Positions 9,150 through 18,779 of a DNA stretch of 64,000 nt are shown one piece after another. The position numbers were made by a program, and so were the translations under genes. The stretch's first letter is position 1. The number at the start of each line of letters is the position of its first letter. The notes under the pieces are model-generated. The model saw only the letters and a list, made by a program, of their open reading frames with translations, was not told the DNA's origin and did not search any database. Origin of the DNA: an uncultured Latescibacterota bacterium (lineage in GTDB: Bacteria > Latescibacterota > UBA2968); the NCBI GenBank assembly GCA_958295785.1, contig OY282377.1, forward strand, positions 2,880,385 to 2,944,384, written 5' to 3'.

Positions 9150-11621
9150 ATGGACATGAACAAGAAGATGACCACGCCGGATGCCGCCCGTTGTCTGAAT
9201 CCGGGGGTAACACTGTCCTCTCGGTTGCACAACGCGCTGTTCGTCCTGTTCATCGGCGGAATCCTGGCCTACGGGGCCGGGTTCGCCTGGTACATGCTCG
9301 ACCGCTTCGACCTCCTCAACCTGATCCGCGATGTGAACGGGGACGACGCCTTCTATTACTTCCAGATCGCCCGCAACTTGGCCGAGGGGAAGTTCTCGAC
9401 CTTCGACGGCGGCATCACGCGCACCAACGGCTACCATCCCCTCTGGCTACTGCTCATCACGCCGTTCTACTGGGTATTCGACAAGGAAGCCGCGCTGTTC
9501 GGCATCAAGGCGTTCGAGATCATGCTCGTTGCCGGCGGCGTGGCCCTCGTCGCCGCGGCCGCCCGGCTGGCGCGCCTGCCGTGGGTTCTGATGTTCGCCG
9601 CGCTACCGATGCTCTACCAGCAGTACGGGTTGCTTCTGGGGATGGAAGCGGCCGCTGCTCTGTTCATGCTGGGCCTGTTCACTCTGGCCGCCTGTCTCTT
9701 TGCGCGAAGCCCGGCGCGGTGGAAGTGGCCGCTGGCCGCGGTCGCCTTTGCCCTGCCTTGGGTGCGCCTGGAGTACATCGCCATATCGCTTGCGGCAACC
9801 GCGGCGCTGTGCCTCGTCGAGTGGTCGAGGCGGGAGCGAGTGCCCGGCGCACCACTCGGAGAGCGGGCTCGTTCCGTGCTCTCCGTCAAGGCGGTCACCC
9901 CGTTTCTCGGCGTGGTCGCAGGCATCCTCGTGTACTTCGCATATAACGGTATCGTCTTCGGGGGCGTGACGCCGGTGAGCGGCAAGGCCAAGCAGATATG
10001 GTCGCAACGGTTATGGGGGCAGGAAGGCGGGCACAGTTTCGTTCAGAACTTCCGGGACGTCTTGCAGATTCCTGCCTTCGACCACGAGTTGCTGGTCGCG
10101 CTGGAGGTCTGCGCCTACGTCGTTCTGGTCTGGTGGTTCGCCCGCCGTTCCAGGGGCCGGACAGACTGGCTGCTGTTGGCCTTCCTGATGTGCGTGTTCG
10201 GCTTGGCGGTCGGTCACCTCGCCAAGTTCGCTCAGACCGTTCTCACTGTGCATCCCAACTGGGGGAGTTATGCCTGGTACTTCGTTCCGGCATACCTGCT
10301 GAAGCAGCTTATCATTCCCGTAAGGTGCTATGTCGCCATCCACTTCATCCGCTGTCTCCTCGAACCGAGGTCGCCCCAGGCAACCAACCTCCTGAGCATG
10401 GGCATCGTTGTTGTCGGAACAGCCTTCCTGTTTACAAAGGCGGACTTCACGGGGCCATTCCAGTTAGTTGACCGTCTTGGCAAGTCAACCCACCTCAGCA
10501 TGAAGGTTATTTCTTATATGGGTGTGCAGGTTATGGACCGTGTGTTGCCCGAGGATAGTGTGGTCGGGGCGTGGGACGCCGGCGTCATCGGGTATTTCTC
10601 TCGCTTTCCAGTGGTGAACCTGGATGGCGTGGTCAATTCCTACGGCTACCTGCGCGCCCTAAGGGAAGGAACCGAGGCCACGTTCTACCAGCGATACGGG
10701 ATTACCCAGTTCGCCATCGTCAAGTTCCTAAGGAAAGAAACCGAGGGCCACGTTCTACCAGCGATACGGGATTACCTGGCTCGAAAACGTCGAGAGCGCC
10801 CGACCGTGGGCGAGATCCTGTTCGAAGGCCCGCCATATCTCCATAACAGAAGGAACGTACCGCACAAACGCCAATTCAGACTCCTGACTCTCGAGCCGCC
10901 GGAGATGTCATCGGGCGGGATCAATCGTTCCGACTGGTTCTGGCAACGGATGGAGCCACACTTCAACCACCGGTCGGATGGCGTCGGGTTTCTTGTTGAC
11001 GGGCGGCTGGTACAGGCCTTCGCCAAGGAATGCGATCCGGATGAACTGGTCGTGTGGCCCTGGGCCGGACTAGGGGATGGAACGGTCGCCAGCACCTGGA
11101 CGCAAACGCAGACGAGGTTGTGCGTCACCGCCGCAGTTCTGCCCCACACTATATCGAGTCCGGTTCGGTTCGAGACAATGTCAGAAAGAGATATTCTGTT
11201 TCGTCTGACGGGTGGCAACCCGCCGGTAATCCGATCCGATTGGGATGTGTATCTCGTCGGGAACAGCCTCATCTACGTCAAGGAGCCGTGCATCCCAGAG
11301 GACGTTGAACCAAGGTTCTTCCTCCACCTGGACCCGGTTGACAGGAACGACCTCCCCATCTATCGCAAGCTGTACGGCTTCGACAACCTGGACTTCACTT
11401 TCAGGGATCACGGCTTCGACAACCTGGACTTCACTTTCAGGGATCACCGTTCTCCCATCGAGGGAAGAGCCTGCGTAGCGATACGGGAGTTGCCTGATTA
11501 CGCCATCGCCGCGATCCGCACCGGTCAGTTCACCGGCGAAGGCAGGGTCTGGGAGGGCAACTTCACCTACAACTCTCTGTCCGATAAATCGGAGGCACTA
11601 CACATGGAGGATCCCCAATGA
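9150..11621 (+). CDS. GT-C-fold membrane glycosyltransferase-like protein, paralog 2 (tandem duplicate of paralog 1)
   Basis: NGDDAFYYFQIARNL motif, many TM segments, and a C-terminal domain with a 33-bp internal tandem duplication (GFDNLDFTFRDH x2). Its stop overlaps the start of paralog 3 (ATGA at 11618-11621). Confidence 0.6.
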   Translation: MDMNKKMTTPDAARCLNPGVTLSSRLHNALFVLFIGGILAYGAGFAWYMLDRFDLLNLIRDVNGDDAFYYFQIARNLAEGKFSTFDGGITRTNGYHPLWLLLITPFYWVFDKEAALFGIKAFEIMLVAGGVALVAAAARLARLPWVLMFAALPMLYQQYGLLLGMEAAAALFMLGLFTLAACLFARSPARWKWPLAAVAFALPWVRLEYIAISLAATAALCLVEWSRRERVPGAPLGERARSVLSVKAVTPFLGVVAGILVYFAYNGIVFGGVTPVSGKAKQIWSQRLWGQEGGHSFVQNFRDVLQIPAFDHELLVALEVCAYVVLVWWFARRSRGRTDWLLLAFLMCVFGLAVGHLAKFAQTVLTVHPNWGSYAWYFVPAYLLKQLIIPVRCYVAIHFIRCLLEPRSPQATNLLSMGIVVVGTAFLFTKADFTGPFQLVDRLGKSTHLSMKVISYMGVQVMDRVLPEDSVVGAWDAGVIGYFSRFPVVNLDGVVNSYGYLRALREGTEATFYQRYGITQFAIVKFLRKETEGHVLPAIRDYLARKRRERPTVGEILFEGPPYLHNRRNVPHKRQFRLLTLEPPEMSSGGINRSDWFWQRMEPHFNHRSDGVGFLVDGRLVQAFAKECDPDELVVWPWAGLGDGTVASTWTQTQTRLCVTAAVLPHTISSPVRFETMSERDILFRLTGGNPPVIRSDWDVYLVGNSLIYVKEPCIPEDVEPRFFLHLDPVDRNDLPIYRKLYGFDNLDFTFRDHGFDNLDFTFRDHRSPIEGRACVAIRELPDYAIAAIRTGQFTGEGRVWEGNFTYNSLSDKSEALHMEDPQ

Positions 11622-13708
11622 AGGAGAATGCCCTCCGAAACGCGCGAGTCATTCTGCTACATTTGCCGTGGTTGGCGCTGCTGGGATGGTTCTCCTCTGT
11701 CGCGTGGTTCCTGTGCGACGACGCGTTCATCAGCTTCCGCTACGTCCGTAACCTGCTCAAAGGCCACGGCCTGGTGTTCAACCCCGGCGAATATGTCGAG
11801 GGCTATTCCAATTTCCTGTGGGTGCTGGAACTGGTCGCCATCTGGTGGGCGCTGGACGTGGCCCCGGAGGACGCGGCGCCGTGGCTGTCGGTCGCCTTTA
11901 CCGCCGGCACCATCGCCGCGATGATGTGGTGGATCGCACGTCTGCCGTTGCTGTGCCACCGGGGGCTGGTCGCATGGATGACTCAGGGCCTCGTGTGCGC
12001 CAGTGCCACCTTCGCGGTGTGGACGTCCGGCGGCGGACTGGAGACGCGGCAGTTCACCTTCTTCATCGTCCTGGCCGTGGTGTGCCTGAGCCTTTACAGA
12101 GACAGCCGCCGGGGCCTGCTGGTGGCGTCGTTGAGCCTGGCGGCTGCCGCCTTGACGCGGCCCGAAGGCCCGCTGTTGGCGGCGTTGTGCTTCGGCTGGT
12201 TCGTCATCCAGCGGATGGCGGACACGGGGCGTCTCAATCCGGACTGGCGGCGGTTGATCTGTTTGGCAACGCCCTTTGTCGTCCTGGTCGGCGCCCATTT
12301 CCTGTGGCGATACTCCTATTACGGCGAATGGCTACCCAACACCTACTACGCCAAGCATGTGCGGCCCTGGTATGAGTCGGGTGTTCGCTACTTGTGGGCG
12401 GCGGCGCTGGAGACCGGGCTGTATCTGCTGATCCCCTTGGCCGCAGTCGCCATGCGGAATCGCTGGCGAGCATCCCAGGACGGGATATGGGCGCTGGTGC
12501 TGCTCCTGGTCGGCGTCCACATGGCCTATGTGATGCGGATCGGGGGCGACCATTTCGAGTACCGTCCGCTGGATTTCTACTGGCCGTTACTGGCTGTCCC
12601 CGCGTCCATGGGAATCGTGTACCTCGGCTCGCGGATTGCCAACCACCGGTGGTTGCGACGATTCTCCCCCCGTTTGGCAGTGGGGGCGCGAACGTGCGCA
12701 ATCGTTCTCTTCGTGCCGGTATTGTTCTACACCAGCGCGATTCAGGGCGCCCTGTTATTCGAGGGGGCCGCAATACGCGAACGCATCAAGAGGCTGCACA
12801 TAGAACTCGATGACGACAATGCGGGATGGTTACTTGCCGCGCCGGGGATGCCGATGCTCGTCGCCGTCTCAAATGACCTGCGCCACCAAACGTCCCGGCA
12901 GTTCGTCGCTTTGCCTCTCGCGGAACACCGCGAGTTCGCCAACTGGCAATTGCGAAGGTGGAAGCCCTACGAGAACATGGAGAGGGGAGTGATTCCCGAT
13001 GACGCGCTGATGGTTGGCGGTTCGGTTGGAATCCGCTTCTATTATCTTCCCGACCTGAAAGTCATCGACTCCCTTGGCTTGACCGACGCGACGGTGGCGC
13101 GCAACCCGGTCGAAACCCCCAACCACCAGCGCCTCATCGCCCACGACCGTCAACCACCACCCGGATACCTCGAAGAGCGGGGCGTCAACTTCACTATACA
13201 CCCGCAGGCACCCAGCGCATTCAAGGCGCTTGTCCGTGCGGAATACGCCGTAAAGGTCGGCCCGGATCTGTGGATGCCCTTTGACTCTCCCGACCAGCAG
13301 TGGGTCTTCGACCGTTTTGCCGGACGAGACTTGCGGGTGGCTGATCTCGATTACTGGACAGAGCTGCTCGGAGACCACCAACCGGCAATCCGCTCCGATT
13401 GGGAGGTGTATCTCTTCGGGAACAGCCTCATCTACAAGAAGGAGCAGTGTAACCCGGAGGACGCTGAACCAACATTCTTCCTCCACTTGTACCCGGTTGA
13501 CGTGAACAACCTCCCCAGTCGCCTCAGGCAGGTCGGCTTCTTCAACAAGGACTTCGCTTTCAGGGATCAGCGTATTCCCATCAAGGGAGAAGTCTGCATA
13601 GCGAGGCGGGAACTGCTTTCTTACGGCATCGCAACGATCCACACCGGCCAGTACGTGCGCGTGGACAGCGGTTTTGAAAACCTCTGGAGTGGAGAGATAC
13701 GCCGATAA
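11618..13708 (+). CDS. GT-C-fold membrane glycosyltransferase-like protein, paralog 3 (divergent N-terminal membrane domain, same C-terminal domain)
   Basis: DDAFISFRYVRNL first-loop motif, TRPEG motif, more than 10 TM helices. C-terminal AIRSDWEVYLFGNSLIYKKEQC...TGQYVRVDSGFENLW matches the C-terminus of the PQQ-DH/cytochrome c protein. Confidence 0.6.
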   Translation: MKENALRNARVILLHLPWLALLGWFSSVAWFLCDDAFISFRYVRNLLKGHGLVFNPGEYVEGYSNFLWVLELVAIWWALDVAPEDAAPWLSVAFTAGTIAAMMWWIARLPLLCHRGLVAWMTQGLVCASATFAVWTSGGGLETRQFTFFIVLAVVCLSLYRDSRRGLLVASLSLAAAALTRPEGPLLAALCFGWFVIQRMADTGRLNPDWRRLICLATPFVVLVGAHFLWRYSYYGEWLPNTYYAKHVRPWYESGVRYLWAAALETGLYLLIPLAAVAMRNRWRASQDGIWALVLLLVGVHMAYVMRIGGDHFEYRPLDFYWPLLAVPASMGIVYLGSRIANHRWLRRFSPRLAVGARTCAIVLFVPVLFYTSAIQGALLFEGAAIRERIKRLHIELDDDNAGWLLAAPGMPMLVAVSNDLRHQTSRQFVALPLAEHREFANWQLRRWKPYENMERGVIPDDALMVGGSVGIRFYYLPDLKVIDSLGLTDATVARNPVETPNHQRLIAHDRQPPPGYLEERGVNFTIHPQAPSAFKALVRAEYAVKVGPDLWMPFDSPDQQWVFDRFAGRDLRVADLDYWTELLGDHQPAIRSDWEVYLFGNSLIYKKEQCNPEDAEPTFFLHLYPVDVNNLPSRLRQVGFFNKDFAFRDQRIPIKGEVCIARRELLSYGIATIHTGQYVRVDSGFENLWSGEIRR

Positions 13709-13718
13709 GGAGAATAAT

Positions 13719-15191
13719 ATGAGCGATACTGCTGACCTCGGCCGGGGAGTGCAAGGGGAACCCTCTCGCAAGAAAAGTGTCCGGTTCCCTGCTTGGACAG
13801 CAGGCAGGCGGCCCGATCGCTTCACCCTGCTCCTCGCCGCCCTTGCAGTGCTGGGCGCCGTACTCATCCTGGCGCGGCAGGTCACCTATGGGGTGGGGTT
13901 GCACGGGGATTGGGTCACCTATATTTCTGTGGCCCGAAGTCTGCTGGCGGGAGAAGGCTTCGTTCAAATTCACGGTTGGCCCTATCTGCACTGGCCGCCG
14001 CTGTATCCGATGCTGCTCGCCGCGGCCAGCCTCTTTGCGTTCGACCCCTACGACGTCGCCGGGCCGTTGAATGCCGCTGTCTTCGGCCTGACTCTATTCG
14101 TCGCCGGTCAATACTTGCGGCGGCATGTGCAACACCCTTTCCTGGTCCTTTGGGCTTGTCTCGCCCTCATGCTGGCAATCCCCTTGACCCGGGTGGCCTC
14201 TCACGCAATTTCCGAGGCGCCCTTCATCCTGTTCGTGACGCTCTCTCTGGCGGACGTCCACATTTCTGGATACCGGCAAGCGGTCGGACCTGATTTGGGC
14301 CGCGGCGTTCACTTCCCTGGCTTTTCTGACCCGCTATATCGGCGTCACCTTGATCATCATCACCACGTTACCCCTGCTGCTGTTTCAGCGCGGCGGCGTG
14401 CCATTGGAGAAAGCGAAGCGCATTGGCTCGTACCTGTTGATTGCCGCGTTGCCGGTGGCGCTGTGGCTGTTGCGGAATGTCCTGGTCCACGGAAGATACC
14501 ATGGGCGCAGAAACCCGCCGCCGTGGACGTTGCTGGAGATTCTGGACAAGTTCCTGAGCGATCTGGCCGGGTGGGTCTTCCTCTACTTGCCATCTGGGAG
14601 TGTCAGAGTAGCCGCCGCGGCACTGGGCGGAGTGTGGCCCTATTGGCACTGGCAATGTCCGTCTGCCATGCGGTCGTCCGCTCGTGCCGGAAGGTAGGGA
14701 ACGGCATCGGAGGGAGCTCTTTCCACTTGTTCGGCGGCTTTGCCCTGGTGTACCTCGTCTTTCTCACCGCCTCGCAAGCGACCACCGAAATCCTCCCCTT
14801 GGGCGAACGCTATCTCTCTCCCGCATATATCCCGCTCCTGTTCGCGGCGGTGTTCGCGCTGGACAAGTTCCTTGAGAATCTCCGGCGGACTGCCGATGAT
14901 TCAGAACAAAATAGTTGGAGGAGAGGGGGAACGGCGAGCCTGCTATTGGTTGCCCTGGCGACAACCCTTTCCCTTTGGCTGGCTTGGCAGGTGGTGCTGA
15001 ACGTGCGTGAAATCAGACAGAATAATGAGGGCCGAGGCCTGGGAATAGCCGCGATGTGGGTCAACTCGGAAATCTTGCGGTACATCGAGGAGCATCTAAT
15101 GGCGGAGCGGATATTCAGCAATGTGTCATCTGCCATATACCTCCGCACGGATCATGCGGACCTTCACTATCTCCCCCCAAGCCTACGATGA
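13719..15191 (+). pseudogene. GT-C/ArnT-like membrane protein, paralog 4, with two compensating frameshifts (candidate pseudogene or sequence errors); lacks the shared C-terminal domain
   Basis: RBS TAAGGAG precedes the ATG at 13719. The N-terminus (frame 0) and the tail are membrane-like. The middle part of frame 0 (about 14260-14650) is Arg/His-rich and reads as wrong-frame sequence. The frame +1 ORF 14350-14697 carries the membrane-protein continuation (LIWAAAFTSLAFLTRYIGVTLIIITTLPLLLF). Confidence 0.45.
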
Positions 15192-15667
15192 GAAGGGAGA
15201 TAGAAAATGTTGTGCCCGGCGATTATGTCGCTTGTATGGATCCGAAGAAGTACCCCCGACATATCGCTGTGTTGAGGAAATTGCTGGGACTGGAGCCGGT
15301 GGCCGATCTGTCCGACGGTTCAATCTATCGCGTAACCCGCAGCGGCGCCGATCCCGCTCCTGCCTCTTTCATCAGCATCGTCGCTTCGATAGCAGGCGAG
15401 TCGTTCGTCGTCAAGTTGTCCGGCGGACATGCCAGATACGAACCATGGCAATGGGAACGGGGCAGCGATGCGACTGGCTGGACCAAAGTCACGCCCCGCG
15501 GGGCAACCTACCAATACACACCCACCGCCGCGGACGTTGGCCATCGCCTGAGGGCCTCCGCGGACTGTACGGACAAAGACGGGAAGACAATCAAAGCGAT
15601 GACCGCGCCATCCGAACCCGTACAGGCGGGCACTTCCGAAGCGGGCTATGTACCTCCGCGGAAATAA
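15188..15667 (+). CDS. hypothetical protein (~160 aa)
   Basis: ORF with ATG at 15188 in the frame of the longer 15056 ORF. No recognisable motif. Confidence 0.35.
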   Translation: MRREIENVVPGDYVACMDPKKYPRHIAVLRKLLGLEPVADLSDGSIYRVTRSGADPAPASFISIVASIAGESFVVKLSGGHARYEPWQWERGSDATGWTKVTPRGATYQYTPTAADVGHRLRASADCTDKDGKTIKAMTAPSEPVQAGTSEAGYVPPRK

Positions 15668-15953
15668 GGATCTATGAGAACCGGAGCTACATCTGGAAAG
15701 ACGAGTGAGGCTTTGCAGACGGCGTTGACGGATGTGTTGCAGGGCTATTGGGTTGCGCCTTTGCGTTTGGCGCGTCTGACCGGCTTTGGCTGGCGGCTAA
15801 AGGCACTCGAAACTATCAGGACATTGTAATTGCATTTTGGTCTTACGTCTGCTGTCTAATTGACTTTTCTTTGGCGACGCGCTATATTACGCGGTTTCCA
15901 AAACAGATGGGATGATCGGGAGATGGCATAAGGGCTTCAAATAGGGAGGGCCT

Positions 15954-16997
15954 GTGAAAGCAGCACAGATTGTCGCCCGCAGGCGCGTTGTGGTTGTCGA
16001 GGTGGATGAACCGCAACTCACAGGTGCCGGGCAAGTGAAAATTCGGTTGGAACGCGCGTGTTTGTGCGGTTCAGATGTGCCTTTGTGGGATTACGATCAC
16101 AATGAATTGGCGGAAACCGTGCAGCGCGATCCGCGCAGCGCAAAGTGCGTGCCGTTTGTCGATTACGTTCATGGCGATCCGTATCCCTTGCGCGTTGGTC
16201 TGTCGATTCACGAATGCCTGGGCACGGTGGTCGCATCCACGTCCGACAAATTTCAAGCGGGCGATTTTGTGCTGGCATTGCCCGATGGGCAAACCGGGTT
16301 GTGCGAATATATTTGCGCGCCCGATAGCCGAACCATTCCCTTGCCCAAAGGCGTTGTGCCCGACGAGCAAATTTTGATGACGCAACCTTTGGGCACGGTG
16401 GTTTGGGCATGTCAAAAACTGGGCAATATCGTCGATTGCGATGTGGCTATTGTGGGGCAGGGGCCGATGGGTTTGATGTTTGCGCGCATGCTCGGCAATT
16501 TGGGCGCGCGAAGCGTGATTGGGCTCGACAAATTGGATTATCGCCTGCACGCGGGAAAAAAAATGGGCGCGACCCATGTGGTCAATGTCGATAAGGCCGA
16601 TGCGGAAGAAGCCGTGCGCGAGATCACGGGCGGCAAAATGGCGGATCTGGTTGTCGAGGCGGTCGGGCATCAGACCAAAACCTTGAATGCGTGCATGAAA
16701 CTCGTGCGGCCTCTGGGTACGCTGCTGTGCTTTGGCGTGCCGGATGATGTGTATTATCCCTTTGCGTATGCCGAGTTTTTCAGATTAAATCTCAATTTGA
16801 TTTCCACGGTGGGGCCCAATGCCGTGCCCAATTTTTCGCTCGCCCGCGATTTAATCGCACAAGGTCGGGTGGATGTGGCGCCGCTGGTGACGCATGTGTT
16901 GCCGTTTGAAGAAATTCAGCACGGGTACGAGTTGTTCACCGACCGCGGGGATGGGGCCATCAAAGTGGTGATCGATTACGATTCGTTGAGTACCTGA
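15954..16997 (+). CDS. zinc-dependent alcohol/polyol dehydrogenase (MDR superfamily)
   Basis: CGSDV catalytic-zinc motif. Rossmann motif VAIVGQGPMGLM. RBS AGGGAGG before a GTG start. Confidence 0.8.
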   Translation: MKAAQIVARRRVVVVEVDEPQLTGAGQVKIRLERACLCGSDVPLWDYDHNELAETVQRDPRSAKCVPFVDYVHGDPYPLRVGLSIHECLGTVVASTSDKFQAGDFVLALPDGQTGLCEYICAPDSRTIPLPKGVVPDEQILMTQPLGTVVWACQKLGNIVDCDVAIVGQGPMGLMFARMLGNLGARSVIGLDKLDYRLHAGKKMGATHVVNVDKADAEEAVREITGGKMADLVVEAVGHQTKTLNACMKLVRPLGTLLCFGVPDDVYYPFAYAEFFRLNLNLISTVGPNAVPNFSLARDLIAQGRVDVAPLVTHVLPFEEIQHGYELFTDRGDGAIKVVIDYDSLST

Positions 16998-17015
16998 CAA
17001 AAGGGGGTTTTACCT

Positions 17016-18602
17016 GTGGCAGCAATGTTTGAAAACGGCGCAGTGGTTGGACAACCCGAATCCGATTCTGCTGCTGTGAGTATCTTAAAAAAGGGTGGCA
17101 ATGCCGTGGATGCGGCTGTAAGCGCGGCATTTCTCGCGTGCGTTGCAGCACCCAAGTCTTGTGGCATTGGCGGTTATGGCGGCGCGATGACCGCCTACAT
17201 TGGCGGCGAAGTCGTCTGCGTTGATTTTAATACGGTCGCGCCTCGCGCGGCCCATGCGCGGATGTTTCGGGTGACGCGCTCAGACGGGCGGTTTGGATCT
17301 GTGGTCGGGGGGTATGCCAATCAAGTCGGGTACAAAGCCATTTCCGTGCCCGGGGTGCTGGCAGGCCTGGGGTTGGCACTGGAGAAGTTCGGCAAGATGA
17401 CCTTGGCCGATGTGCTCGCGCCCGCGATTCGCACGTGTAAAAACGGGTTTCGGGTGTCGGCAAATTACGCGGCAGGTGTTGCCCAAAGCGAAAGGCGTAT
17501 CCGGGAATTTCCAGAAACCGCACGGTTGTTGCTGAACGAAGGCGAATTGCCCAAAAGCGGGGACCGGGCAAAAAACCCCGATTTGGGCGACTTGCTCAGT
17601 CAGATTGCGGACAAGGGCGTGCGCGAATTTTACGAGGGGAACATCGCAGAGTGCATCGCCAAACACGTTCGGGACAACGGCGGGGTCTTATCGCGCAATG
17701 ATCTGGCAAAGTACGAGGCGCGCGTGGTCGATCCTGTACACGCGATTTGCCTGGAATACGATGTGTACAGTTCGCCGCTTTGCAGCGCGGGCTTGAGCTT
17801 GGCGCAGATGTGTGCCATTGCCGACGAGGCCGAATTGGATCTCTACGCACGCGACTCGGCCCGTTTGGCCCATGGCATGGTCGAAACCATTCGCGCAGCG
17901 TGGATGGATCGCTACCGGCATTTTGGCGATCCAAAGTTCGTCACTGTGCCCACAGACATGCTGATGTCGGATATCCACTTGGGCGCGACCGCAAAAGAGG
18001 TCGCCACCTATATTGCCGACGGCAAACGCGGTCAATCCCTGTTGCGACCATTTTACACGGGTGGCACCACGCATATTTGCACCGCGGACGCGCAAAACAA
18101 TCTGGTCTCGCTGACCCTCACGCACGGGCCGGGCTTTGGGTCTTTTGTCACCATCCCGGGCATGGGCTTGCTGATGAACGCGGGCATGTCGCGGTTCGAT
18201 CCCGGTTCGGGGTTGAAAAATTCCATTGGCCCCGGCAAAGCGCCGATTATGAACATGTGCCCGGTCATTGTGTTGCGCGATGGCGAGCCTATCATGACCT
18301 TGGGCGCGTCTGGGGGAACGCGCATCCCATCGTCCGTTTTTCAGGTTTTGGCGCGCAGACTGGTGCTCGACGAAGACCCCGAGTGGTCAATCACCGCGCC
18401 GCGGGTGCATTCAGAAGGCAATGAGTGGGTGCGTCTGGAAGAAGATTTCGGAGAAACCGCCCCGGAATATCTCAAGTCAGTCGGGTACAAGATAAACACC
18501 AAAGGCGCGGTGGCCGCCCATGTTCGGATGATCGAGATCACGGACGATGGCCTGCTGGCAATGTACGACCCGCGCATGAAGGCACGCGAGAAGGGGTATT
18601 GA
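17016..18602 (+). CDS. ggt: gamma-glutamyltranspeptidase family protein (no signal peptide)
   Basis: Ntn-hydrolase nucleophile motif GGTTHICTAD. GGT-family C-terminal motifs GASGGTRIPSSVFQV. Confidence 0.8.
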   Translation: MAAMFENGAVVGQPESDSAAVSILKKGGNAVDAAVSAAFLACVAAPKSCGIGGYGGAMTAYIGGEVVCVDFNTVAPRAAHARMFRVTRSDGRFGSVVGGYANQVGYKAISVPGVLAGLGLALEKFGKMTLADVLAPAIRTCKNGFRVSANYAAGVAQSERRIREFPETARLLLNEGELPKSGDRAKNPDLGDLLSQIADKGVREFYEGNIAECIAKHVRDNGGVLSRNDLAKYEARVVDPVHAICLEYDVYSSPLCSAGLSLAQMCAIADEAELDLYARDSARLAHGMVETIRAAWMDRYRHFGDPKFVTVPTDMLMSDIHLGATAKEVATYIADGKRGQSLLRPFYTGGTTHICTADAQNNLVSLTLTHGPGFGSFVTIPGMGLLMNAGMSRFDPGSGLKNSIGPGKAPIMNMCPVIVLRDGEPIMTLGASGGTRIPSSVFQVLARRLVLDEDPEWSITAPRVHSEGNEWVRLEEDFGETAPEYLKSVGYKINTKGAVAAHVRMIEITDDGLLAMYDPRMKAREKGY

Positions 18603-18779
18603 AGCGATTGGTTATCAAGTGATCTCACCTGTGAGGGAGAATCTATCGAAACGATTGATCAGAAACGATGGAAAGTGGAGACGTTTCACAAAACGCTCAC
18701 GTCTCATGCTCCGTTGGTCAAGTCGCCTAAAAAATAAATATCTGCGACACGCCCTGTATATGCCAGTTGAGGAATCCTT

